Assembly: GCA_964643655.1 (NCBI GenBank)
Contig: CAZXTJ010000001.1
Span: 1-50,263, forward strand
Source of the DNA: an uncultured bacterium
GTDB taxonomy: Bacteria; Muiribacteriota; UBA6191; CAZXTJ01
Reading direction: 5' to 3'
DNA: 50,263 nt
Positions within the stretch are counted from its first letter, which is position 1. Every line of letters starts with the position of its first letter. Below, one piece after another: positions 40,834 through 49,193 of this stretch. The translations under genes and the position numbers were made by a program. Under the pieces are notes generated by a model. That model had not been told where the DNA came from. It did no database searches and was given only the letters and a program-made list of their open reading frames with translations.

Positions 40834-42315
40834 ATGGTCCCCGGTAATGCTGGAGGCAAGGGGGGCCCCCCTGATAAAAAGGGGTTTGTCGCCCTATTGG
40901 AAAAAAAGAAGATCCTCACTGGAGTTCCCCCTGCCACTGAGGCTGATCTCGAACGGGTGAAAAAGCTCCTAGACGCCTCTCCTGATAGCAAAGATCTCAT
41001 CGAATGGTATGCATTTTTGTTATATACCCTCAACAAAATCAAAGAGTGCCTCAAAGTGTACAGCCGCCTCATCAATGGCTACGAACCTTCAGCTGAAGCT
41101 CTTTATTATTATGGTTGCGCCCATTTGAAGGATTCTAACTTCCGCGCAGCCAATGCAGCTTGGACCATGCTGAAGAAGAAACACCCCGACAGCGGGATGG
41201 TTAGCCGTGTAAGTCAGAAGCAAGAGGTACTGCGAGAGTTAGTTGGTGTACGAAAGAAGAAGAAGTCCAAGGCGCAACCGCAGCTCGCCATCAAAGGACT
41301 ACTGAAAAATATTGGTAATGTATTAAAAAAAACACCCAAAAAGAAAAAGAAGAAACCAGCCACTCCTAAACCTACTGCCAAACCTGCTCCTGAGCAGACT
41401 CCACCGCCAAAACCTTCACCACTAGAACCCAAAGCTCCTTCGCCAATTGATCGTCTCTCAATTTTGGACAAATTCGGTACGCCTATGAGTTCCCAACCAG
41501 CGCCTCCACCGGCAGCCGATTTACCGCCATTACCTCCGTTGACTGATTTTGAGCCAGCTCCACCCAAACCTGCGGCAGATTTGCCTCCTTTGCCTCCTTT
41601 GGATTTCAAGCCGACAACGCCAAAACCAACCGCAGATTTGCCGCCACTGCCTTCTCTTGATGATTTTGCCCCCAAACCTGCGGCTCCACCAGCAGCCGAT
41701 TTACCACCACTTCCTTCTTTGGATGACTTTCAACCCAAACCGAGCCAGCCAGCAGCCGATTTGCCACCGCTGCCTTCGCTAGAAGATTTTGCTCCTTCTC
41801 AACCTGAGCCTGCTCCAGAACCTCCTGCTCCAGAACCAGAGCCTATTCCTGAACCAGAAGCTTCTCCTCCGAGAGAGCCAACACCGCAGCAAGATTCGTT
41901 TCCTGCCATGTTAGGAGCAGAAAAAGATGATAGTGATGACGCAAGTCCTGCCTCATTGCTGGACCACTTTCTCGCTTCAGTAGGACCTGATGACTGGGGC
42001 GATGATGAGCTGATGACACCACCTGAAGGTATGGAAGCTGCTACTCCTGTTGATATGAATGAACTAGAGCAGACGGCTTATATGCATTTGGGAAAAGGTG
42101 AACTCGACCAGGCCAAAGAAGTTTATGAGAAGATTCTGAGTCTCGATGAGAAACATCCAATCGCCCTCTTTTACCTTGGCGACATAATGTACAGCAAAGG
42201 CAAAGACAGCAAAGCCAAAGGCTTTTGGAACAAGTTGGTTCAACAGCACCCACAGCATGAGTTGGCTAAAAAGGCTGAAAGAACCCTGGCGCTCATCAAT
42301 GCCACGACCTTCTGA
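40834..42315 (+). CDS. TPR protein with a central Lys-rich and Pro-rich tandem-repeat region
   Basis: 493 aa with no signal peptide. TPR-like ends (ALYYYGCAHLKDSNFRAANAAW; ALFYLGDIMYSKGKDSKAKGFW). K-rich tract KKTPKKKKKKP. Five ADLPPLP repeats. Confidence 0.7.
   Translation: MVPGNAGGKGGPPDKKGFVALLEKKKILTGVPPATEADLERVKKLLDASPDSKDLIEWYAFLLYTLNKIKECLKVYSRLINGYEPSAEALYYYGCAHLKDSNFRAANAAWTMLKKKHPDSGMVSRVSQKQEVLRELVGVRKKKKSKAQPQLAIKGLLKNIGNVLKKTPKKKKKKPATPKPTAKPAPEQTPPPKPSPLEPKAPSPIDRLSILDKFGTPMSSQPAPPPAADLPPLPPLTDFEPAPPKPAADLPPLPPLDFKPTTPKPTADLPPLPSLDDFAPKPAAPPAADLPPLPSLDDFQPKPSQPAADLPPLPSLEDFAPSQPEPAPEPPAPEPEPIPEPEASPPREPTPQQDSFPAMLGAEKDDSDDASPASLLDHFLASVGPDDWGDDELMTPPEGMEAATPVDMNELEQTAYMHLGKGELDQAKEVYEKILSLDEKHPIALFYLGDIMYSKGKDSKAKGFWNKLVQQHPQHELAKKAERTLALINATTF
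41512..41811 (+). repeat. Imperfect coding tandem repeat, 5 units of 56-63 nt
   Basis: Units start at 41512, 41573, 41629, 41692 and 41752. Each begins GC(A/G)GC(C/A)GATTT(A/G)CC and encodes (A/T)ADLPPLP(P/S)L(x)DF(x)P(K)P. Confidence 0.9.
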
Positions 42316-42316
42316 A

Positions 42317-43702
42317 TTAGGAGAGAGCTATTTTTCCTAGGTAGTTCAAAGTGAGGTTGGCGTAACCGTAATAAATGAGCATTCCAGTGACATCACAGCT
42401 CATTTGGGTCAAAGGGCCGGCAGCAACTGCTGGATCAACACCCATTGAGTTGAGACCAACGGGAATCAATAAACCAAGAGCAACTGCTACGACACATTGT
42501 GTCAGCATGGTAGCGCCAATAATGGCGCTCAACATGATTGCACCTTCCCAAACAAAACTAGCCACGAAGAGCATGACGCCAATGCAAATACCTAACAAGA
42601 TGGCAACTCGGGCTTCTGCTTTGAAAACATCAACGACTTCGTCTTGTTCGATTTCGCCTGTGGCCAAACCGCGGATCAAGACAGTCGCTGATTGAATGGC
42701 CACGCCGCCGCCCAATCCCATTATGGCTGGAATGAAAGCTGAGAGAGCATTTGCCAATGCAGGGTCTGTTGGTCGCAGAAGCTTGATTACACCACCAGCA
42801 GCCAAACAGCCAACGATAGTGGCTACGAGCCAACGAATACGCGACAAAGTTTGGGTGATGGCACTGTCGTCAATCTCAACGTCTTCGTCGAGACCAACCA
42901 TTCGGTACATGTCCTCAGTTGCTTCTTCCTCGAGGACATCGATTACGTCATCAACGTGAACGATACCTACAAGGTGGTCATTTGCATCTACAACAGGAAC
43001 AGCCAAAAGGTCGTATTTCGATACGATCTTGGCTACCTCTTCTTGGTCATCCATCAAACGTACTGCCACGAGGTGGTCAGATTTCATGATGTCGCGTAGG
43101 ATGGTTTTTCCTTCGGCCATTACCAAATCTTTGACGGTGACCACACCAGTCAGTTTTGTATCTTTATCTGTTACGTAGAGGTAACTGAGATTCTCGAGGT
43201 CTTCTCTGTTGTCCCTAATCTTGGCTACGCAGGAGATGACATCCATATCTTCGTCGAAATAGATGACATCGGCTGACATGATACCGCCAGCAGACTCTTC
43301 ATCGTATCTCAGCAATGCTTTGGCTTCAGCAGCTTCATCATCTTCCATTGCAGCCAAGAGCTCTTCAATCTTGGCTGCGGAGAAATGACTGAGAATGTCG
43401 ACGACTTCATCTGAAGGAAGCGCGTCGAGTATGTTTACCAATCGCTCTTTGCCTAAAACCAGTGCCATTTCAAACTGCAAGTCATCATCCATTGTTTGGA
43501 TGATTTTTACTGCCAATTCATCGTCTATGACAGAAAAGATGGCACGGCGTTCACTTTCATCGAAGTCTTCTAAATAATCACCAATGTCGGCAGGATGCAG
43601 ATTATCGAGATGTGCAGTGACCTTGCGCATCTTTTTCTGCGCCAAGAGTTGGCGAATGGTGCGTTCTTCTCTTTTGTCGGCCTCAAATTTTGTAATGAGC
43701 AT
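42317..43702 (-). CDS. mgtE: Magnesium transporter MgtE
   Basis: 461 aa. MgtE N-domain (LHPADIGDYLEDF), CBS pair, and a 5-TM C-terminus with PAIMGLGGGVAIQSATV and DPAVAAGPLTQMSCDVTG. Confidence 0.9.
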   Translation of the reverse strand: MLITKFEADKREERTIRQLLAQKKMRKVTAHLDNLHPADIGDYLEDFDESERRAIFSVIDDELAVKIIQTMDDDLQFEMALVLGKERLVNILDALPSDEVVDILSHFSAAKIEELLAAMEDDEAAEAKALLRYDEESAGGIMSADVIYFDEDMDVISCVAKIRDNREDLENLSYLYVTDKDTKLTGVVTVKDLVMAEGKTILRDIMKSDHLVAVRLMDDQEEVAKIVSKYDLLAVPVVDANDHLVGIVHVDDVIDVLEEEATEDMYRMVGLDEDVEIDDSAITQTLSRIRWLVATIVGCLAAGGVIKLLRPTDPALANALSAFIPAIMGLGGGVAIQSATVLIRGLATGEIEQDEVVDVFKAEARVAILLGICIGVMLFVASFVWEGAIMLSAIIGATMLTQCVVAVALGLLIPVGLNSMGVDPAVAAGPLTQMSCDVTGMLIYYGYANLTLNYLGKIALS

Positions 43703-43802
43703 TGGCTGAGTCCCTCGTCCGATTGCTTATGGCGCAGGGTACCATATGAAAGGCCAGATCGTCGCCAAAGGTTTCAGCAATCTCACATTGCTCAGCCAGA
43801 AG

Positions 43803-44564
43803 TCAGCTTTTTCGTTGCCAGAACAAACGATCCATGACTTTTCTGCAGCCATTCAGTGCAAAAATTCTCTTCATTGCACTGTTTGTCGAGTCAGTTGAAC
43901 CAACGTAACGAAGGACACCTCGCTTTTTGAGCAAGCTCAGTCCCAATGCGTGCAATGATCGCCCATATCCTCGTCTTCGTTGGGTGGGTAAAACTCCTAC
44001 ATAAAACAGAGAACCTTCCGTCGCTTTGTCCTCATAGAGTTGGGGGAGAAGGACTCCTATAACGGCATTCTCATCTTTGACGATGAACCAATTTTTGGGA
44101 TCAAATGCTCTTCCCGCATGAGTTGTCAACTCAGCAAACTCCTCTTCTGGCGAGTTGTTCGTCTGGGCAAAAGGATCACCCCTAGCCGCCAAAGTGAGGT
44201 ACTCGATGAATTTGCTTGTACCAATTTCACTCAGTGATTGCAGTGTGAACTGTTTGGCTGTGGGTAACGCTAACTCATCCAAGAGTTTTTCTACAAAGAG
44301 CTTTTTCTTTTTGATTACGTAAGCTGCTGACGTCAACCAGTGATTCCATTTTTCATTGCGCTGACGGCTGTCGGTCATAATGAATGTTTGTTCTGTGAGT
44401 TCCTTACTCAATAGCTCTAGAAGTTCACTAGCGACAGAATCTTCTGGTACAGATGCATTGGCCGAGAGATCTTTCAAAGCCAATGTATGGTTGTTGAGGA
44501 AGATGGCCCGTAAGCTATCGTTTCCATTTGAAATCTCAATTTTTTTGTTTGTCATGCCTTTCAT
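43803..44564 (-). CDS. GNAT-family N-acetyltransferase
   Basis: 253 aa. Acetyl-CoA motif A in the C-terminal half (VGVLPTQRRRGYGRSLHALGL). Confidence 0.7.
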   Translation of the reverse strand: MKGMTNKKIEISNGNDSLRAIFLNNHTLALKDLSANASVPEDSVASELLELLSKELTEQTFIMTDSRQRNEKWNHWLTSAAYVIKKKKLFVEKLLDELALPTAKQFTLQSLSEIGTSKFIEYLTLAARGDPFAQTNNSPEEEFAELTTHAGRAFDPKNWFIVKDENAVIGVLLPQLYEDKATEGSLFYVGVLPTQRRRGYGRSLHALGLSLLKKRGVLRYVGSTDSTNSAMKRIFALNGCRKVMDRLFWQRKS

Positions 44565-44600
44565 ATAGGCAAACTGGATGGTTTTGCTAAAACAAAAGAA

Positions 44601-44629
44601 GGGCGAGCCACTATCATCGTGGCCCGCCC
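44601..44629 (-). terminator. Rho-independent terminator after 44639-46612
   Basis: GGGCGAGCCAC-tatcatc-GTGGCCCGCCC is an 11-bp GC-rich stem with one mismatch. It starts 10 nt after the TAG stop. On the minus strand it is followed by TTCTTTTGTTTT. Confidence 0.75.
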
Positions 44630-44638
44630 TTTTAGACT

Positions 44639-46612
44639 CTATTTTTTTAACTTCAAATTCAGTGGGGCAGTTTTCAGGGTTTTGAAATTGCTTACCTCCA
44701 CTTTTCCAAGGCGCCCTTTGGGTACTGAGAGTGTTTTTAATCTCGAGTTGAGGACTCCTCTACGGGAGAATCTCTTGATGTGGAGTTTTAGTCCTGCAGG
44801 AGCCTTGAGTTTGTTGTCTATTTTTATTCCCTTGTTGCCTGGAGAGAGCTGGAGTTTCAGAGAACCTTTTTGCAGTGTTTTGGTAGGTGTCAACTCAAAG
44901 GAACGTTCTGTTTTGTCTTTTTGAATGGCAATGATTTTTGCTGAGGCCAATCTCATACTGTCTGGGTTGATGATGGTCAGGCTAGCCTCTGGTTTAGCCA
45001 GAGCGCTGAATTTCACTTCCCCACCTTTACCATTGAGTGAGAAGATGCGGCCGCGAGTGAATGCAGATATCTTGCAGTTTCTTCCGCTGTTAAAAAGCAC
45101 TTTCAAGTTTTTACCCTTAGATTTGTTAAAGATGAAGATTGCAGGGAAACTCTTCGGTAAGACTTTGCCACCCAATGGCCTAAAAAGCATGGAGTTGGGG
45201 ATAGCTGATTTTTTACCAGTGAAAAATTTGCGGCCTCTTTCGTCAACTATCTGTTTAATGGCACGAGGAGAAGAACAGACGATGACAGTGGAGCCTGCTC
45301 CAGCCGGTCCTCCCGCTTCTGTTGGCAAAAGCGGTTGAGCAGGAGTTACTTCATTAAATCTCAGTGCGACCATACGTGTGCGAGTGCCCCAAGCAAATGC
45401 TCCCGTTGCTTTGTTTACAGTACATTTACTGTTTTCGTCAGAGTTTGTTGTTTCCCGATAAGGTGCGTTGTTGTCATAGAGGTAGATTGTTGCGATGTTG
45501 CCATTTTCAACTACTTTGTAGGCAACAACTGCATGACCACTCACACCGTTGCCTGCTGCGTCCAATCGCCATCCCATCAGTATGGGGAGTTTAGCTGATG
45601 AACCGGAAGCGATGCCGGCTTTAATGAGGTTGAGGGCTTGGACGTGTGTCTGGTTGTTCCATCTGTCGACAATTCGTCCCCAAGTTTGGGCAGAGATTTG
45701 TTGCCCCTGATCTTCGTGAACACTATCAACGATTTGAGGATCTCTTTCATACTCCCATACTTTGAACTCTTTGTTTGAAGGCCACCAGTTGGAATGGAGC
45801 CCTTTCCAATCGTATCTTCGAGTTCGAATACTCCTGACGCTCATTCCAAAACAGTTGCCACCAGCACCAACTGAACGCCAAACATCGTTGAACCAAGTCT
45901 GTGCAGCAGGTCGATGGGTACCATTGGCAAACTCGACAGCATTGGCGCCAAAGACGGAACGATAAAGATTCCATCCGTATGTGGGCGTGCCCCAGTTCGC
46001 AAACTTCCATCCCCATTGTCCGCGATATCCCATTGGAGTCACAATTCTGTATTTGGTCGTAGGGCCATTTACTTTGCTTTTCGTATTGCGAACATAGACG
46101 TTGTAGTCTTGCCCAACAGCAGTTCCTGCTGGGATTTGGAAGCAAAGGAAGCCCATTCCATAGACTGTGTTACAGGCATTGCCATTGAAGTAGACTTTGC
46201 AGTTTTGACCACAGCCTATACCCTTGATGAGAGAGTATTTTCCAGGCGATCCTTTGTAGGGGTAAAAGAATGAAATGGTCGGTTTTAGAAACAGTTGAAC
46301 CTTGTCGATAATCTTGAATTTTTTTGCCAGTATGGGCATGTTGAGCTTTTTTGCATAAATTGGACTCAAAGCTGAAAGAACGGTATCTTGAGCCTTTTTC
46401 GGAAGTTTCTTGAATGACTTGCTTTGTTTTGCTCGATATTTGGGTGAGAGCTTTCTCTTGGCTAGAGCTTTGTCCAGGAGTGCTGAAGGTGAGACACTGA
46501 CTCTGCGCAGTGTTCGTTTTGTTGGTTTTCTCTTGACTGTACGACCAGAAACCAAAGTAGGTGTGAGCAACAAACAAGTGGCAATAGTGATGGGAACTGT
46601 TGAGTTTTTCAT
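44639..46612 (-). CDS. Secreted protein with a possible papain-like Cys/His catalytic signature
   Basis: 657 aa. Signal peptide ITIATCLLLTPTLVSG, then a Lys-rich tract. IPT-like segment (KVYFNGNACNTV...YNVYVRN). GAGGNCFGMS and, about 110 aa later, SGHAVVAYK...YLYDNNAPY. The C-terminal third is beta-rich. Confidence 0.45.
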   Translation of the reverse strand: MKNSTVPITIATCLLLTPTLVSGRTVKRKPTKRTLRRVSVSPSALLDKALAKRKLSPKYRAKQSKSFKKLPKKAQDTVLSALSPIYAKKLNMPILAKKFKIIDKVQLFLKPTISFFYPYKGSPGKYSLIKGIGCGQNCKVYFNGNACNTVYGMGFLCFQIPAGTAVGQDYNVYVRNTKSKVNGPTTKYRIVTPMGYRGQWGWKFANWGTPTYGWNLYRSVFGANAVEFANGTHRPAAQTWFNDVWRSVGAGGNCFGMSVRSIRTRRYDWKGLHSNWWPSNKEFKVWEYERDPQIVDSVHEDQGQQISAQTWGRIVDRWNNQTHVQALNLIKAGIASGSSAKLPILMGWRLDAAGNGVSGHAVVAYKVVENGNIATIYLYDNNAPYRETTNSDENSKCTVNKATGAFAWGTRTRMVALRFNEVTPAQPLLPTEAGGPAGAGSTVIVCSSPRAIKQIVDERGRKFFTGKKSAIPNSMLFRPLGGKVLPKSFPAIFIFNKSKGKNLKVLFNSGRNCKISAFTRGRIFSLNGKGGEVKFSALAKPEASLTIINPDSMRLASAKIIAIQKDKTERSFELTPTKTLQKGSLKLQLSPGNKGIKIDNKLKAPAGLKLHIKRFSRRGVLNSRLKTLSVPKGRLGKVEVSNFKTLKTAPLNLKLKK

Positions 46613-46727
46613 GTGGTGTAATCCTCCCCCAAGTAGCTTTTAGTAAAAGTTATTGTTTTGCTTGTTCACATTACATTGATTTTGTTGTTCCAAGCGATGG
46701 TAAGGTTACGAAAGAGGAGGGGGCTCA

Positions 46728-46811
46728 ATGAAAAAGTTTGCAGTACTCGGTGAAGCTGGTCTGGGACCAGCAATGTCCATCTTGATTGAAGAGGCAAAGA
46801 GAACTCCTTAA
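46728..46811 (+). CDS. 27-codon ORF with a strong SD (possible gene remnant or small protein)
   Basis: AGGAGG lies 6 nt before the ATG. The ORF encodes MKKFAVLGEAGLGPAMSILIEEAKRTP, which looks like a Rossmann N-terminus. It lies antisense between two minus-strand genes. Confidence 0.2.
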   Translation: MKKFAVLGEAGLGPAMSILIEEAKRTP

Positions 46812-47764
46812 GTACTCTTTTCGCCAATAATCATCAAACCTGAGAACCCTAGGAAGCGAGGATCTGACCAATAAGTCATTTCCAATTCGAGTACCACTTT
46901 TTCCCAACGAGGTAACTTGTCGTCCACGAGCAGAGTGTCTTTTGGTGAGAAAACAAACTCAGAACCAACTCTGACATTGGTTAGTCCAGCTTCTTTTCCA
47001 TAAGCTTCCAACTCTTCAGGGAAAAGACCGGGGTTATTCGTACTCGCTTTTAACTCTCTTGGAGTCTCTCTCACTGCAACTAACTTTTCTAGTGCTTCTA
47101 ACTGACCAAGTTGTGGTAACAGATGAAGAGAACCAAGACGTCCGTGAATACCATCAGCTATCAAAGTCCCACCAGGTTTTAAAACACGGCTCATTGCTTT
47201 GAGAGCATTTGCAGTAGAACCACAATAGAAGGCTGCGCCTCCCATACTGATGACGTAATCGAAACTATTATCTGGAAGAGAATCCATTGTCCGAATGTCA
47301 TCTTCACAGAATTTAATAGATGAAGTTACTTCGGCTATCTCTGCCTTTTCTTTTGCTAGTTGAAGCCAACCTGGTGCCCAATCCAATAGTGTGATGTTTG
47401 AGTAACCTGCTAGTGCTAGTGGGATGGCCTTTCTGCCAGTACCACCTCCGGCATCGAGAATGAGACAATCTTTGGGAGCATCCTGCAAAATTCTATTCAC
47501 ATGTTCGAGGCCAATACGGTTGTACATGTGATAGGCAAGTACAGTTCTGTCTCTATACTCTTCTAACTTGGCGAATTCGTAACTCTTGATGGGAAACTTG
47601 TTCCATCCCCAAGTGGACCAATGTCCAGCTACGTCAACGTCCAAGTCAGCCAATAGTTTATCTACTTTCAGGTCTTTCATTTGGTCACCCTTTCTAGTGA
47701 ACATTTCTGTTGGTGACGATAGACCACTATGTGTGCCAATGCTGAGATTGTTTGTTGAAGCCAT
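46808..47764 (-). CDS. Class I SAM-dependent methyltransferase
   Basis: 318 aa. Motif I ILDAGGGTGRKAIPLA. Post-I LLDWAP. Motif II-like FDYVISMGGA. Confidence 0.8.
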   Translation of the reverse strand: MASTNNLSIGTHSGLSSPTEMFTRKGDQMKDLKVDKLLADLDVDVAGHWSTWGWNKFPIKSYEFAKLEEYRDRTVLAYHMYNRIGLEHVNRILQDAPKDCLILDAGGGTGRKAIPLALAGYSNITLLDWAPGWLQLAKEKAEIAEVTSSIKFCEDDIRTMDSLPDNSFDYVISMGGAAFYCGSTANALKAMSRVLKPGGTLIADGIHGRLGSLHLLPQLGQLEALEKLVAVRETPRELKASTNNPGLFPEELEAYGKEAGLTNVRVGSEFVFSPKDTLLVDDKLPRWEKVVLELEMTYWSDPRFLGFSGLMIIGEKST

Positions 47765-47819
47765 TTCGAGTAATTGCGTGCGTCCGGTAACGTTACAAGG
47801 TGTTTACACTAGTCAACAG

Positions 47820-49115
47820 TTAGATGACGGTCCCATCGAGAATGACAGCGTTCTTTTTGACAATAACAATGCTGTCACGAATTGAGAAGTTCTCACCATC
47901 ACCATGAGTGACGTGGTCTTTGTTGATGATGTGGACATGTTTACCAATGCGAGCATTTTTGTCGATGATGGCATGTTCGATTAATGAGTGAGGACCAACG
48001 CCAATGTTGGGTAGCTGGTTTATCGTGTTCTCTCGAAGATCATCCAAACGTTCGAAGTGGTCAGCACCCATCATTACTACTTCTTTTAGAGTGGCTCCCG
48101 CACGAACAAAACTTCTGGGTCCAATGACACAGTGATGAAAATCAGCATGTTCTAGTACACAACCGTCAGCCACGAGGGAATCAGAGAGGCTACAAGAATA
48201 GAGTTTTGCGCTAGGTAAGAAGCGGGGATTGGTGTAAACGGGGTTTGCAGGGTCATAAATGTTTATTGGTGGTTGCTTTTCGGCGAATTTGAGACTGGCA
48301 TCAAAATACGAACGAATAGAACTTACGTTCTCCCAATATCCTGTAAAGGGGAAGGCATAGACGGAGAGAGAGCTTTTTACGGCAGCTGGAATTATCTGTG
48401 CTCCTAGTTCGACATGTTTTTCGTTTTCGAGCAACTTATCCAAAACGTCTAGGTCAAATATGTAACCTCCCATGTTTGCCATACATATGTTTTCATCGCT
48501 TTGTACGCCAAGTTGTTCTTTGTTTTTCTGGCTCAAAAGGAAACGGGATATGCTTTATTCTTTCGATGGTTTCTCCGCAAAATCGACAATCTCATTTTTC
48601 TGGTCAAGACGTACTAATCCACAATGTGGTGCATCGTCGGCTGAGATGGGAGCGGTGAGCATTGTTAGGTTAGCTCCAGTGGCCAAATGGTTTTCAAGCA
48701 AAGCTCTATAGTCCATTTTGTAGATCTGCTCACCTGGCAAAACCAGGATATGTTTGCCGCCATAACGTTTGATCCTATGCCAAACGTGGCGAAGAGCATT
48801 GGCAGATCCAGCAAACCAGGTTTCACAATCTTCTCTTTGCTCAGCAGCCAAAATTTCGACGTATCCCTGAGTGAAATAGTCGAAACGGTAGGTCTGGTTC
48901 ACGTGTTTGTTCAGCGACTCTGAGTTGTACTGAGTCAATACAAGAACTCGGGGCACTTTTGAATTGATACAATTGGATATGGTTACGTCAATAAGGCGAT
49001 ATCGGCCACCAAAAGGAATAGCCGGTTTGCAGCGTTCAGCTGTCAGTGGCCAAAGGCCTGTGCTAGCCCCACCACCGAGAACCAAAGCCAATGTCGAACG
49101 AATGTCTGAACTCAT
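47820..49115 (-). pseudogene. glgC: Glucose-1-phosphate adenylyltransferase interrupted by one in-frame TAA
   Basis: The N-part 48555-49115 (LVLGGGASTGLWPLT...KPAIPFGGRYRLIDVTISNCINS...FAEKPSKE*) and the C-part 47820-48536 (NMGGYIFDL...FTGYWENVSSIRSYFDA...left-handed beta-helix) are in the same frame. They are separated only by TAA (48555-48557) plus 6 sense codons. Confidence 0.7.
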
Positions 49116-49193
49116 GAAAAAACCCCCGTTGAATATTCCAGTGCACATTCTAAACGGGAATTGCACATCATACTAGGGGCTTTTCGAAAAGTC

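Noticed and set aside
40859-40870. Perfect G6C6 palindrome (GGGGGGCCCCCC) near the start of the 40834 ORF.
   Set aside because: It lies in frame and encodes KGGPP. No partner repeats or flanking structure were seen. It is probably coincidental, though it makes the exact start of this gene less certain.
41512-41811. Regular ~60-nt repeats, considered as a possible CRISPR array or minisatellite.
   Set aside because: The repeats are in frame inside a 493-aa ORF and encode a conserved Pro-rich peptide unit. There are no unique spacers and no cas genes.
48555-48557. Whether the in-frame TAA in glgC reflects stop-codon reassignment.
   Set aside because: TAA terminates several well-defined genes in the same window, with the next gene starting a few nt later. 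Standard code 11 fits all other ORFs.
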